Shown: in pieces, positions 29,301-41,400 of the stretch
Numbering within the stretch: the first letter of the stretch is position 1
Layout: each line of letters begins with the position of its first letter
DNA from: Eledone cirrhosa
Lineage: Eukaryota
Assembly: GCA_964016885.1 (NCBI GenBank)
Contig: CAXHJY010000001.1
Span: forward strand, 124,001-188,000
Direction: 5' to 3'
Length of the DNA stretch: 64,000 nt
Position numbers and translations under genes: made by a program
Notes under the pieces: generated by a model
Told to the model about the DNA's origin: nothing
Seen by the model: only the letters and a program-made list of their open reading frames with translations
The model's database searches: none

Positions 29301-32300
29301 TAGATGCCACTAAACAACCACTAGATACCACTAAACAACCACTAGATACCACTAAACAACCACTAGGTACCACTGAACAACCACTAGATACCACTGAACA
29401 ACCACTAGATACCACTGGACACCCACTAGATACCACTGGACACCCACTAGATACCATTGAACTCCCACTAGATACCATTGAACAGCCACTAGATACCACT
29501 GGACAACCACTAGATACCACTGGACAACCACTAGATACCACTGGACAAACACTAGATACCACTGAAAAACCACGAGATACCAGTGAACAACCACTAGATA
29601 CCACTAAACAACCACTAGGTATCAATGAACAACCACTAGGTACCACTAGATAACACTGGACAACCACTAGATACCACTAAACTACCACTAAATACCACTG
29701 GACAACCACTAGATGCCACTAAACAACCACTAGATAGTACCACTAGACAACCACAAGATACCACTGAACAACCACTAGATACCACTAAACTACAACTAGA
29801 TACCACTGAACAACAACTAGACACCACTGAACAACCACTAGATACCACTAAACAGTCACTAGATACTAACACTAAAATACCACTAGATACCACTGAACAA
29901 CCCACTAGATATCACTAAACAACCACTAGATATCACTAAACAACCACTAGATACCACTAAACCACCACTAGATACCACTAAACTACCACTAGATACTACC
30001 ACTAAACAACTTCTAGATACCACTAAACTACCACTAGATACCACTGAACAACCACTAGATACACCTGAGCAACCACTAGATTCAACTGAACAAGCACTAG
30101 ATTCCACTAAACAACCACCAGATACCACTAAACAACCACTAGATACCACTAAACAACCACTAGATACCACTAACCAACCACTAGATACTACCACTAAACA
30201 ACCACTAGATACTTCCACTAGATACCACTAAACAACCAATACATACCACTAGATAACGCTGACCAACCACTAGGTACCGCTGAACAACCACTAGATACCA
30301 CTAAACAACTACTTGACACCACTAAACAACCACTAGATACCACTGACAACCACTAGATATCACTGAACAACCATTAGATAGCACTGAACAACCACAGAAA
30401 CCACTGAACAACCACTAGATATCACTGAACAACCACTGTATACCAATGAACAGCCACTAGGTACCACTGAACAACCTCTAGATACCACTGTACTACCACT
30501 AGATACTAACACTCACTAAAGTACCACTAGATACCACTGAACTACCACTAGATAGAACTAGATACAACTGAACCACTAGATACCACTGAACAACCACTAG
30601 GTACCACTGAACAACCACCTGATACCACTGAACTACCACTAGATACTAACACTAAAGTACCACTAGATACCACTGAACAACAACTAGATACCACTAAACA
30701 ACAACTAGATACCACTAGATACCACTGAACAACCAGTAGATACAACTGAACAACCACTATATACCACTAAACAACCACTAGGTACCATTAGATAACACTG
30801 GACAACCACTAAACTACCACTAAACTACCACTAGATACCACTGGACAACCACTAGATACCACTAAATACCACAGACAACGACTAGATGCCACTAAACAAC
30901 CACTATGTACCACTGGACAACCACTAGATACTACCACTAAACCACCATTAGATACCACTCAACAACCACAAGATACCACTAAACAACCACTAGATACCAC
31001 TAAACAACCACTATATACCACTAAACAACCACTAGATGCCACTAAACAACCACTAGATACCACTAAACAACCACTAGATACCACTAAACAACCACTAGGT
31101 ACCACTGAACAACCACTAGATACCACTAAACAACCACTATATACCGCTGAACAACCACTAGGTATCTCTGAACAACCACTAGATACCGCTGAAGAACCAC
31201 TTGATACCACTGTACAACCACTAGATACTATTGAACACCCACTAGATACCACTGAACACCCACTAGATACCACTGAACAACCACTAGATACAACTGAACA
31301 ACCACTAGATACCACTGGACAACCACTAGATACAACTGAACAACCACTAGATACAACTGAACAACCACTAGATACAACTGAACAACCACTAGATACCACT
31401 GAACAACCACTAGATACCACTGAACAAACACTAGATACCACTGGACAACCACTAGATACCATTGAACACCCACTAGATACCACTGAACAACCACTAGATA
31501 CAACTGTACAACCACTAGATACCACTGAACAACCACTAGATACCACTGAACAACCACTAGATACCACTGAACAACCACTAGATACCACTGACCAACCACT
31601 AGATACCACTGAACAAACACTAGATACCACTGGACAACCACTAGATACCATTGAACACCCACTAGATACCACTGAACAACCACTAGATACCACTGAACAA
31701 ACACTAGATACCACTGGACAACCACTAGATACCATTGAACACCCACTAGATACCACTGAACAACCACTAGATACAACTGTACAACCACTAGATACCACTG
31801 AACAACCACTAGATACCACTGAACAACCACTAGATACCACTGAACAACCACTAGATACCACTGACCAACCACTAGATACCACTGAACAAACACTAGATAC
31901 CACTGGACAACCACTAGATACCATTGAACACCCACTAGATACCACTGAACAACCACTAGATACAACTGTACAACCACTAGATACCACTGAACAACCACTA
32001 GATACCACTGGACAACCACTAGATACCACTGGACAACCACTGGATACCACTGGACAAACACTAGATACCAATGAACAACCACTAGATACCACTAAACAAC
32101 CACTAGGTACCACTGAACAACCACTAGGTACCACTGAACAACCACTAGGTACCACTGAACAACCACTAGGTACCACTAGATAACACTGAACAACCACTAG
32201 ATACCATTAAACTACCACTAGATACCACTGAACAACCACTAGATACCACTAAACTACCACTAGATACCACTAAACTACCACTAGATACCACTGAACAACA

Positions 32301-35300
32301 ACTAGACACCACTGAACAACCACTAGATAGCACTAAACAATCACTAGATGCTAACACTAAAATACCACTAGATACCACTGAACAACCACTAGATATCACT
32401 AAACAACCACTAGATACCACTAAACCACCACTAGATACCACTAAACCACCACTAGATACCACTAAACAACCACTAGATACTACCACTAAACAACTTCTAG
32501 ATACCACTAAACAACTAGGTACCACTAAACTACCACTAGATACCACTGAACAACCACTAGATACACCTGAGCAACCACTAGATACAACTGAACAAGCACT
32601 ATATTCCACTAAACAACCACCAGATACCACTAAACAACCACTAGATACAACTAAACAACCACTAGATACAACTAAACAACCACTAGGTACCACCAAACTA
32701 CCACTAGATACACCTGAGCAACCACTAGATACAACTGAACAAGCACTATATTCCACTAAACAACCACCAGATACCACTAAACAACCACTAGATACCACTA
32801 AACAACCACTAGATGCTACCACTAGATACCACTAAACAACCACTATATACCACTAGATAACGCTGACCAACCACTAGGTACCGCTGAACAACCACTAGAT
32901 ACCACTAAACAACTACTTGACACCACTAAACAACCACTAGATACCACTGACAACCACTAGATATCACTGAACAACCACTAGATATCACTGAACAACCACT
33001 GTATACCAATGAACAACCACTAGGTACCACTGAACAACCACTAGATACCACTGTACTACCACTAGATACTAACACTAAAGTACCACTAGATACCACTGAA
33101 CTACCACTAGATAGCACTAGATACAACTGAACAACCACTAGATACAACTGAACAACCACTAGATACAACTGAACAACCACTAGATACCACTGAACAACCA
33201 CTAGGTACCACTAAACAACCACCTGATACCACTGAACTACCACTAGATACTAACACTAAAGTACCACTAGATACCACTGAACAACAACTAGATACCACTA
33301 AACAACCACTAGATACCACTGAACAATCAGTAGATACAACTGTACAACCACTATATACCACTAAACAACCACTATATACCACTAAACAACCCCTAGGTAC
33401 CACTAGATACCACTAAACTACCACTAGATACCACTAAATACCACAGACAACCACTAGATGCCACTAAACAACCACTATGTACCACTGTACAAACACTAGA
33501 TACCACTAAACCACCACTAGATACCACTGAACAACCACAAGATACCACTGAACAACCACAAGATACCACTAAACAACCACTAGATACCAGTGAACAACCA
33601 CTAGATACCACTAAACAAAAACTAGATACTATGACTAAACAACCTCTAGATACCGCCGAAGAACCACTCGGTACCACTGTACAACCACTAGATACCATTG
33701 AACACCCACTAGATACCACTGAACAACCACTAGATACCACTGAACAACCACTGTACAACCACTAGATACAACTGAACAACCATTAGATACCACTGAACAA
33801 CCACTAGATACCACTGAACAACCACTAGATATCACTGAACAACCACTAGATACAACTGAACAACCACTAGATACAACTGAACAACCACTAGATACCACTG
33901 AACAACCACTAGATACCACTAAACAACCACTAGATACCACTGAACAACCATTAGATACCACTAAACAAAAACTAGATACTATGACTAAACAACCTCTAGA
34001 TACCGCTGAAGAACCACTCGGTACCACTGAACAACCACTAGATACCACTGATCAACCACTTGATACCACTGTACAACCACTAGATACCATTGAACACCCA
34101 CTAGATACCACTGTACACCCACTAGATACCACTGAACAACCACTAGATACCACTGAACAACCACTAGATATCACTGAACAACCACTAGATATCACTGAAC
34201 AACCATTAGATACCACTGAACAACCACTAGATACCATTAAACTACCACTAGATACAACTGAACAACCACTAGATACCACTGAACAACCACTAGATACCAC
34301 TGAACAACCACTCGATACCACTGTACAACCACTAGATACCACTGAAAAACCACTAGATACCACTGAAAAACCACTAGATACCACTGGACAACCACTATAT
34401 ACCACTGGACAACCACTAGATACCACTGTACAACCACCAGATACTACTAAACTACCACTAGATGCCACTAAACAACCACAAGATACTACCACTAAACCAC
34501 CACTAGATACCACTGAACAACCACAAGATACCACTGAACGACCACAATATACCATTAAACTACCACTAGATACCACTAAACTACCACTAGATACCACTGA
34601 ACAACAACTAGACACCACTGAACAATCACTAGATAGTACCACTAAACAACCACTTGATACCACTGAACAACCACTAGACACTACCACTAAACCACCACTA
34701 GATACCACTAAACAACCACTAGATACCACTAAACAACCCCTACATGCCACTAAACAACCACTAGATACCACTAAACAACCACTAGATACCACTGAACAAC
34801 CACTAGATACCACTGAACAACCACTTGATACCACTGAACAACCACTAGGTACCACTGAACAACCACTAGGTACCACTGAACAACCACTTGATACCACTGA
34901 ACAACCACTTGATACCACTGAACAACCACTAGACACTACCACTAAACAACCACTAGATACCACTAGATACCACTAAACAACCACTAGATACCACTGAACA
35001 ATCAGTAGATACAACTGAACAACCACTATATACCACTAAACAACCACTATATACCACTAAACAACCCCTAGGTACCACTAGATACCACTGGACAACCACT
35101 AGATACCACTAGATACCACTAAATACCACAGACAACCACTAGATGCCACTAAACAACCACTATGTACCACTGGACAACCACTAGATACTACCACTAAACC
35201 ACCACTAGATACCACTGAACAACCACTAGATACCACTAAACAACCACTAGATACCAGTGAACAACCACTAGATGCCACTAAACAACCACTAGATACCACT

Positions 35301-36740
35301 AAACAACCACTCGGTACCACTGAACAACCACTTGATACCACTGTACAACCACTAGATACCATTGAACACCCACTAGATACCACTGAACAACCACTAGATA
35401 CCACTGTACAACCACTAGATACAACTGAACAACCACTAGATACCACTGAACAACCACTAGATACCACTGAACAACCACTAGATATCACTGAACAACCACT
35501 AGATATCACTGAACAACCACTAGATACAACTGAACAACCACTAGATACCACTGAACAACCACTAGATACCACTGAACAACCACTAGATACCACTAAACAA
35601 CCACTAGATACCACTGAACAACCACTAGATACCACTAAACAAAAACTAGATACTATGACTAAACAACCTCTAGATACCGCTGAAGAACCACTCGGTACCA
35701 CTGAACAACCACTTGATACCACTGTACAACCACTAGATACCATTGAACACCCACTAGATACCACTGTACACCCACTAGATACAACTGAACAACCACTAGA
35801 TACCACTGAACAACCACTAGATACCACTGAACAACCACTAGATATCACTGAACAACCACTAGATACAACTGAACAACCACTAGATACCACTGAACAACCA
35901 CTAGATACCACTGAACAACCACTAGATACCACTGAACAACCACTAGATACCACTGGACAACCACTAGATACCACTGGACAACCACTAGATACCATTAAAC
36001 TACCACTAGATACCACTGAACAACCACTAGATACAACTGAACAACCACTAGATACCACTGTACAACCACTAGATACCACTGTACAACCACTAGATACCAC
36101 TGTACAACCACTAGATACCACTGTACAACCACTAGATACCACTGAAAAACCACTAGATACACTAGACAACCACTATATACCACTGGACAACCACTAGATA
36201 CCACTGTACAACCACCAGATACTACTAAGCTACCACTAGATGCCACTAAACAACCACTAGATACTACCACTAAACCACCACTAGATACCACTGAACAACC
36301 ACAAGATACCACTGAACGACCACAAGATACCATTAAACTACCACTAGATACCACTAAACTACCACTAGATACCACTGAACAACAACTAGACACCACTGAA
36401 CAACCACTAGATACCACTAAACAATCACTAGATAGTACCACTAAACAACCACTTGATACCACTGAACAACCACTAGACACTACCACTAAACCACCACTAG
36501 ATACCACTAAACAACCACTAGATACCACTAAACAACCCCTACATGCCACTAAACAACCACTAGATACCACTAAACAACCACTAGATACCACTGAACAACC
36601 ACTAGATACGACTGAACAACCACTAGATACCACTGAACAACCACTTGATACCACTGAACAACCACTAGGTACCACTGAACAACCACTTGATACCACTGAA
36701 CAACCACTAGACACTACCACTAAACATACCACTGGACAAC
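26387..36740. repeat. 21-bp satellite, block 3
   Basis: Same unit. It decays into unique sequence at ...ACCACTGGACAACGACCTG (~36740). Confidence 0.98.
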
Positions 36741-36910
36741 GACCTGCCCCTCTCTCCTATAATACCAACTCACTTCATACTGCCATATCTCCCACCACCA
36801 AGTCACCATCTCCCCCGCCACCAAGTCCCCTTAACACCATATGACCTCATGGAGCCCACTCCACGTAACGTTACTTAACTAAAAGATAAATACTTTGTTC
36901 TATTTTTTAG

Positions 36911-37017
36911 TTTTCAATGAAAAGCTAAGCACTGACAATATACGGAATGATGGTAAAATTAAGAGTAATGGGAGAAATTCGGTTCCCATATTTACTTCAG
37001 TACTCAAGTTAAATACA
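36911..37017 (+). CDS. Internal coding exon A of a FAS1/fasciclin-domain protein (xFNEKLSTDNIRNDGKIKSNGRNSVPIFTSVLKLNT)
   Basis: Acceptor TTTGTTCTATTTTTTAG at 36910 and donor GTAAGT at 37018. It is 107 nt (phase 1 in, phase 0 out), stop-free, and joins exon B in frame. Length and position fit the FAS1 segment after the YH motif. Too short to appear in the ORF track. Confidence 0.7.
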
Positions 37018-37288
37018 GTAAGTATTGAATATTTATTGTTTTATGAAGAATTGAGCAAATTTTAATTTTGAAAGAATGTATGTACTTTAAACATAGAATA
37101 GTTAAGCAATATAAATAATTGCTTATTTGTTTACATCTATTGGCTGGATGATAAGGCTTTAACATGGTGGAGTAAGTAGCCAGTTTCTTTGGTGCAGCGT
37201 CTGACATACACCAGATGTTGGTTGGTTTCCTGCAGGCAATTCCGTCCCTACGTGTGCTAAACTTGTTCAAATATTTTCTACATATTTT

Positions 37289-37422
37289 CTACGTCTCATT
37301 CCTCTTATATGCAAGCTCCTCTCTCACATCTATGTTTTTTCTTTCTTATATATTAACATTGCACATCCATCAAAGCATGTTTGGTTTATTTATTTCCAGC
37401 CTTCACATAACCTCTACATTCA
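37289..37422 (-). mobile_element. 134-bp exact copy of part of the downstream RTE-like LINE fragment (38305-38438)
   Basis: Base-by-base identity at a 1016-bp offset, including the inactivating stop codons. Confidence 0.9.
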
Positions 37423-37455
37423 GCTAACATACTTTCACAATATGTATTAATTTGT

Positions 37456-37767
37456 GGTTGTTGTTTAGAAGCAGGTCAGGCCTGTGATCAGAGAACATGC
37501 TATTGCTGTTTAGCAGCTGATCAAGCCAGATCTATAAAACCTAGGATCAAAGAACATGCTATTGCTGTTGTTTAGCAGCTGATCTAGCCAGATCTATAAA
37601 ACCTCTGATCAAAAACCTTTCAAGCGATGACCCTCCCATCTTTTCTTTTCATACATACATTATCCAATATGTCTATTATTTATTAAGATGGTAGGGTGTG
37701 ATAAGAGGGAGATTTGTTTGCTAATTTTAACTAGTCAAACAATTTGAAAGAAGCTCCCATGTTGGCT
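37456..37767 (-). mobile_element. Degenerate interspersed repeat (SINE-like, (AAC)n tail on the minus strand) with an internal ~59-bp tandem duplication
   Basis: Begins GTTGTTGTTTAG and contains GGTAGGGTGTGAT..GAGGGAGATTTG. From memory this resembles a common octopus repeat (unverified). The duplication at 37486-37612 is seen directly. Confidence 0.4.
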
Positions 37768-37830
37768 TGACCATCCAACCATGCACTCCTCCATTTATTC
37801 TTGTCTCATTGTATTATATTTCCTCTCCAG

Positions 37831-38000
37831 CAGTCTGATAACACCGAACAAATCTACATTAATGGGGCTCGCATTATACGACCAAACGTTAATGCCCAGA
37901 ATGGAATCCTTCATATCATCGACAATGTGATGACGGTAACCAGCAATAACAAAGCAGAGGAATACCTCAAAGAGCCTGATGATAAACGTGTTAAATCCCA
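37831..38000 (+). CDS. Internal coding exon B of a FAS1/fasciclin-domain protein (periostin/TGFBI/fasciclin-I-like): QSDNTEQIYINGARIIRPNVNAQNGILHIIDNVMTVTSNNKAEEYLKEPDDKRVKS
   Basis: INGARII..NV.A.NGILHIIDNV matches the FAS1 H2 motif (vNgA.i...di.a.NGviHvId.Vl). A polypyrimidine tract and CAG form the acceptor at 37830. The probable donor is GTGTGT at 38001, with GTAACC at 37936 as an alternative, so the 3' boundary is less certain. Confidence 0.88.
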
Positions 38001-38044
38001 GTGTGTATACATACTCTTGATTTTTTTTTTATATACTTCACAAT

Positions 38045-38460
38045 TCATCATCATCGCTATTTTATGTCAGTTTTTTTTCCATGCTTGCATGGGTTGGTGG
38101 GTTCCTTTCAGCATAGCATCTTTCAATATATTTTGGTCCCTCGTAATCTCTGTGAGTTTCAGTGATTTGAGATCACTTCTCATAACCTGTTTCGGTCTTC
38201 ATTCTTGTCTGTCTACCTCAACTCCCTTCCACTGGGATTTTGTTGGTACTTCAACATCTATACACAACACATGTCCATACCAGTGCAGTCTTCTGTAACA
38301 CACACTACGTCTCATTCCTCTTATATGCAAGCTCCTCTCTCACATCTATGTTTTTTCTTTCTTATATATTAACATTGCACATCCATCAAAGCATGTTTGG
38401 TTTATTTATTTCCAGCCTTCACATAACCTCTACATTCATCACACATGTCTCACTACCATA
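38045..38460 (-). mobile_element. Decayed 3' fragment of an RTE-like non-LTR retrotransposon (post-RT C-terminus plus (GAT)n tail)
   Basis: The minus strand reads YGSETCVMNVEVM*RLEINKPNML*WMCNV.../IRGMRRSVCYRRLHWYGHV...MRSDLKSLKLT, which contains the YGxETW...MLRW...RLRWYGHV motifs of RTE-clade ORFs. It ends in GATGATGATGA at 38045-38055 and contains stops and frameshifts. Confidence 0.85.
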
Positions 38461-41400
38461 ACATATCCTCCACATTCATCACCCATGTCACACTACCATG
38501 TAACATAACCTCCACATTCATCACCCATGTCTCACTACCATAACATTTCCTCCACATTCATCACCCATGTCTCACTACCATGTAACATAACCTCCACGTT
38601 CATCACCCATGTCTCACTACCATGTAACATAACCTCCACATTAATCACCCATGTCTAACTACCATGTAACATAACCTCCACATTCATCACCCATGTCTCA
38701 CTACCATGTAACATATCCTCCACATTCATCACCCATGTCACACTAAAATGTAACATATCCTCCACATTCATCACCCATGTCTCACTACCATGTAACATAT
38801 CCTCCACATTCATCACCCAAGTCTCACTACCTTGTAACATAACCTCCACATTAATCACCTATGTCACACTACCATAGCATATCCTCCACATTCATCACCC
38901 ATGTCACAATACCATGTAACATAACCTCTACATTCATCTCCCATGTCTCACTACCATGTAACATAACCTCCACATTCATCACCCATGTCTCACTACCATA
39001 CGATATCCTCCACATTAATCACCCATGTCACACTACCATGTAACATAACCTCCACATTAATCACCCATGTCACACTACCATGTAACATAACCTCCACATT
39101 CATCACCCATGACTCACTACCAGAACATATCCTCCACATTCATCACCCATGTCTCACTACCATAACATATCCTCCACATTCATCACCCATGTCTCACTAC
39201 CATAACATATCCTCCACATTCATCACCCATGTCTCACTACCATGTAACATATCCTCCACATTCATCACCCATGTCTCACTACAATAACATATCCTCCAAA
39301 TTCATCACCCATGTCACACTACCATGTAACAACCTCCACATTCATCTCCCATGTCTCACTACCATGTAACATAACCTCCACATTCATCACCCATGACTCA
39401 CTACCATAACATATCCTCCACATTAATCACCCATGTCACACTGCCATGTAACATATCCTCCACATTCATCACCCATGTCTCACTACCATAACATAACCTC
39501 CACATTCATCACCCATGACTCATTACAATAACATATCCTCTACATTCATCACCCATGTCACACTACCATGTAACAACCTCCACATTCATCTCCCATGTCT
39601 CACTACCATGTAACATAACCTCCACATTCATCACCCATGACTCACTACCATAACATATCCTCCACATTCATCACCCATGTCTCACTACCATAACATAACC
39701 TCCACATTCATCACCCATGTCGCACTATCATGTAACATATCCTCCACATTCATCACCCATGTCTCACTACCATGTAACATAACCTCCACATTCATCACCC
39801 CTGTCTCACTACCATGTAACATAACCTCCACATTCATCACCCATGTCTCACTACCATGTAACATAACCTCCACATTCATCACCCATGTCTCACTACCATA
39901 ACATATCCTCCACATTCATCACCCATGCCACACTATCATGTAACATGACCTCTACATTCATCTCCCATGTCACACTACCATGTAACATAACCTCCACATT
40001 CATCACCCATGTCTCACTACCATAGCATATCCTCCACATTCATCACCCATGTCACACTACCATGTAACATAACCTACAAATTCATCCCCATGTCTCACTA
40101 CCATAACATAACCTCCACATTCATCAACCATGTCTCACTACCATAACATATCCTCCACATTCGTCACACATGTCTCACTACCATGTAACATAACCTCTAC
40201 ATTCATCACCCATGTCTCACTACCATAACATGTCCTCCACATTCATCACCCATGTCTCACTACCATGTAACATATCCTCCACATTCATCACCCATGTCTC
40301 ACTTCCATACCATATCCTCCACATTCATCACCCATGTCTCACTACCATGTAACATATCCTCCACATTCATCAACCATGTCTCACTACCATAACATAACCT
40401 CCACATTCATCACCAATGTCTCACTACCATAACATATCCTCCACATTCATCACCAATGTCTCACTACCATAACATATCCTCTACATTCATCATACATGAC
40501 ACACTACCATGTAACATATCCTCTCCATTAATCACCCATGTCTCACTACCATAACATATCCTCCATATTCATCACCTATGTCACACTACCATGTAATTTA
40601 TCCTCCACATTCATCACCCATGTCACACTACCATGTAACATAACCTCCACATTCATCACCCCTGTCTCACTACCATGTAACATAACCTCCACATTCACCA
40701 CCCATGTCTCACTACCATAACATATCCTCCATATTCATCACCCATGTCACATTACCATGTAACATAACCTCCATATTCATCACCCATGTCTTACTACCAT
40801 GTAACATAACCTCCACATTCATCAACCATGTCTCACTACCATGTAACACAACCTCCACATTCATCACCCCTGTCTCACTACCATGTAACATAACCTCCAC
40901 ATTCATCACCCATGTCTCACTACCATGTAACATAACCTCCACATTCATCACCCATGTCTCACTACCATAACATATCCTCCACATTCATCACCCATGTCTC
41001 ACTACCATAACAAAACCTCCACATTCATCACCCCTGTCTCACCAACATGTAACATAACCTCCACATTCATCACCTATGTCTCACTACCATAACATATCCT
41101 CTACATTCATCATACATGTCTCGTTACCAGAATATATCCTCCACATTCATCACACATGTCTCACTACCAGAACATATCCTCCACATTCATCACCCATGTC
41201 TCACTACCATGTAACAACCTACACATTCATCACCCATGTCTCACTACAATAACATATCCTCCAAATTCATCACTCATGTCACACAACCATGTAACAACCT
41301 CCACATTCATCTCCCATGTCTCACTACCATGTAACATAACCTCCACATTCATCACCCATGACTCACTACCATAACATATCCTCCACATTAATCACCCGTG

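Larger units (their letters stand above)
37018..37830 (+). other. 813-bp GT-AG intron between FAS1 exons A and B
   Basis: GTAAGT ... TATTTCCTCTCCAG, phase 0 on both sides. Confidence 0.7.

Noticed and set aside
174-36732. Long ORFs encoding (TTEQPLD)n mucin-like, (VVSSGCS)n or (VVQWYL)n proteins
   Set aside because: They follow automatically from a 21-bp stop-free unit. They are open on both strands, repeatedly broken by 10/11-, 19- and 20-bp units, lack splice or signal context, and most start at non-ATG codons.
1-36740. Telomeric repeat or G-quadruplex array on the G/T-rich minus strand
   Set aside because: The unit has only GG doublets and no TTAGGG-like motif, it is heterogeneous, and it lies next to internal exons.
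37801-38298. 165-aa single-exon ORF with a hydrophobic tail (membrane-anchored FAS1 protein)
   Set aside because: It has a TTG start within a polypyrimidine tract. The part after 38000 is a T-run and antisense LINE sequence, so only 37831-38000 looks coding.
36740-38420. Species assignment (octopus/cephalopod) and a specific gene symbol (POSTN/TGFBI)
   Set aside because: The repeat resemblance is from memory only, and ~90 aa of one FAS1 domain cannot establish orthology. A BLAST search is required.
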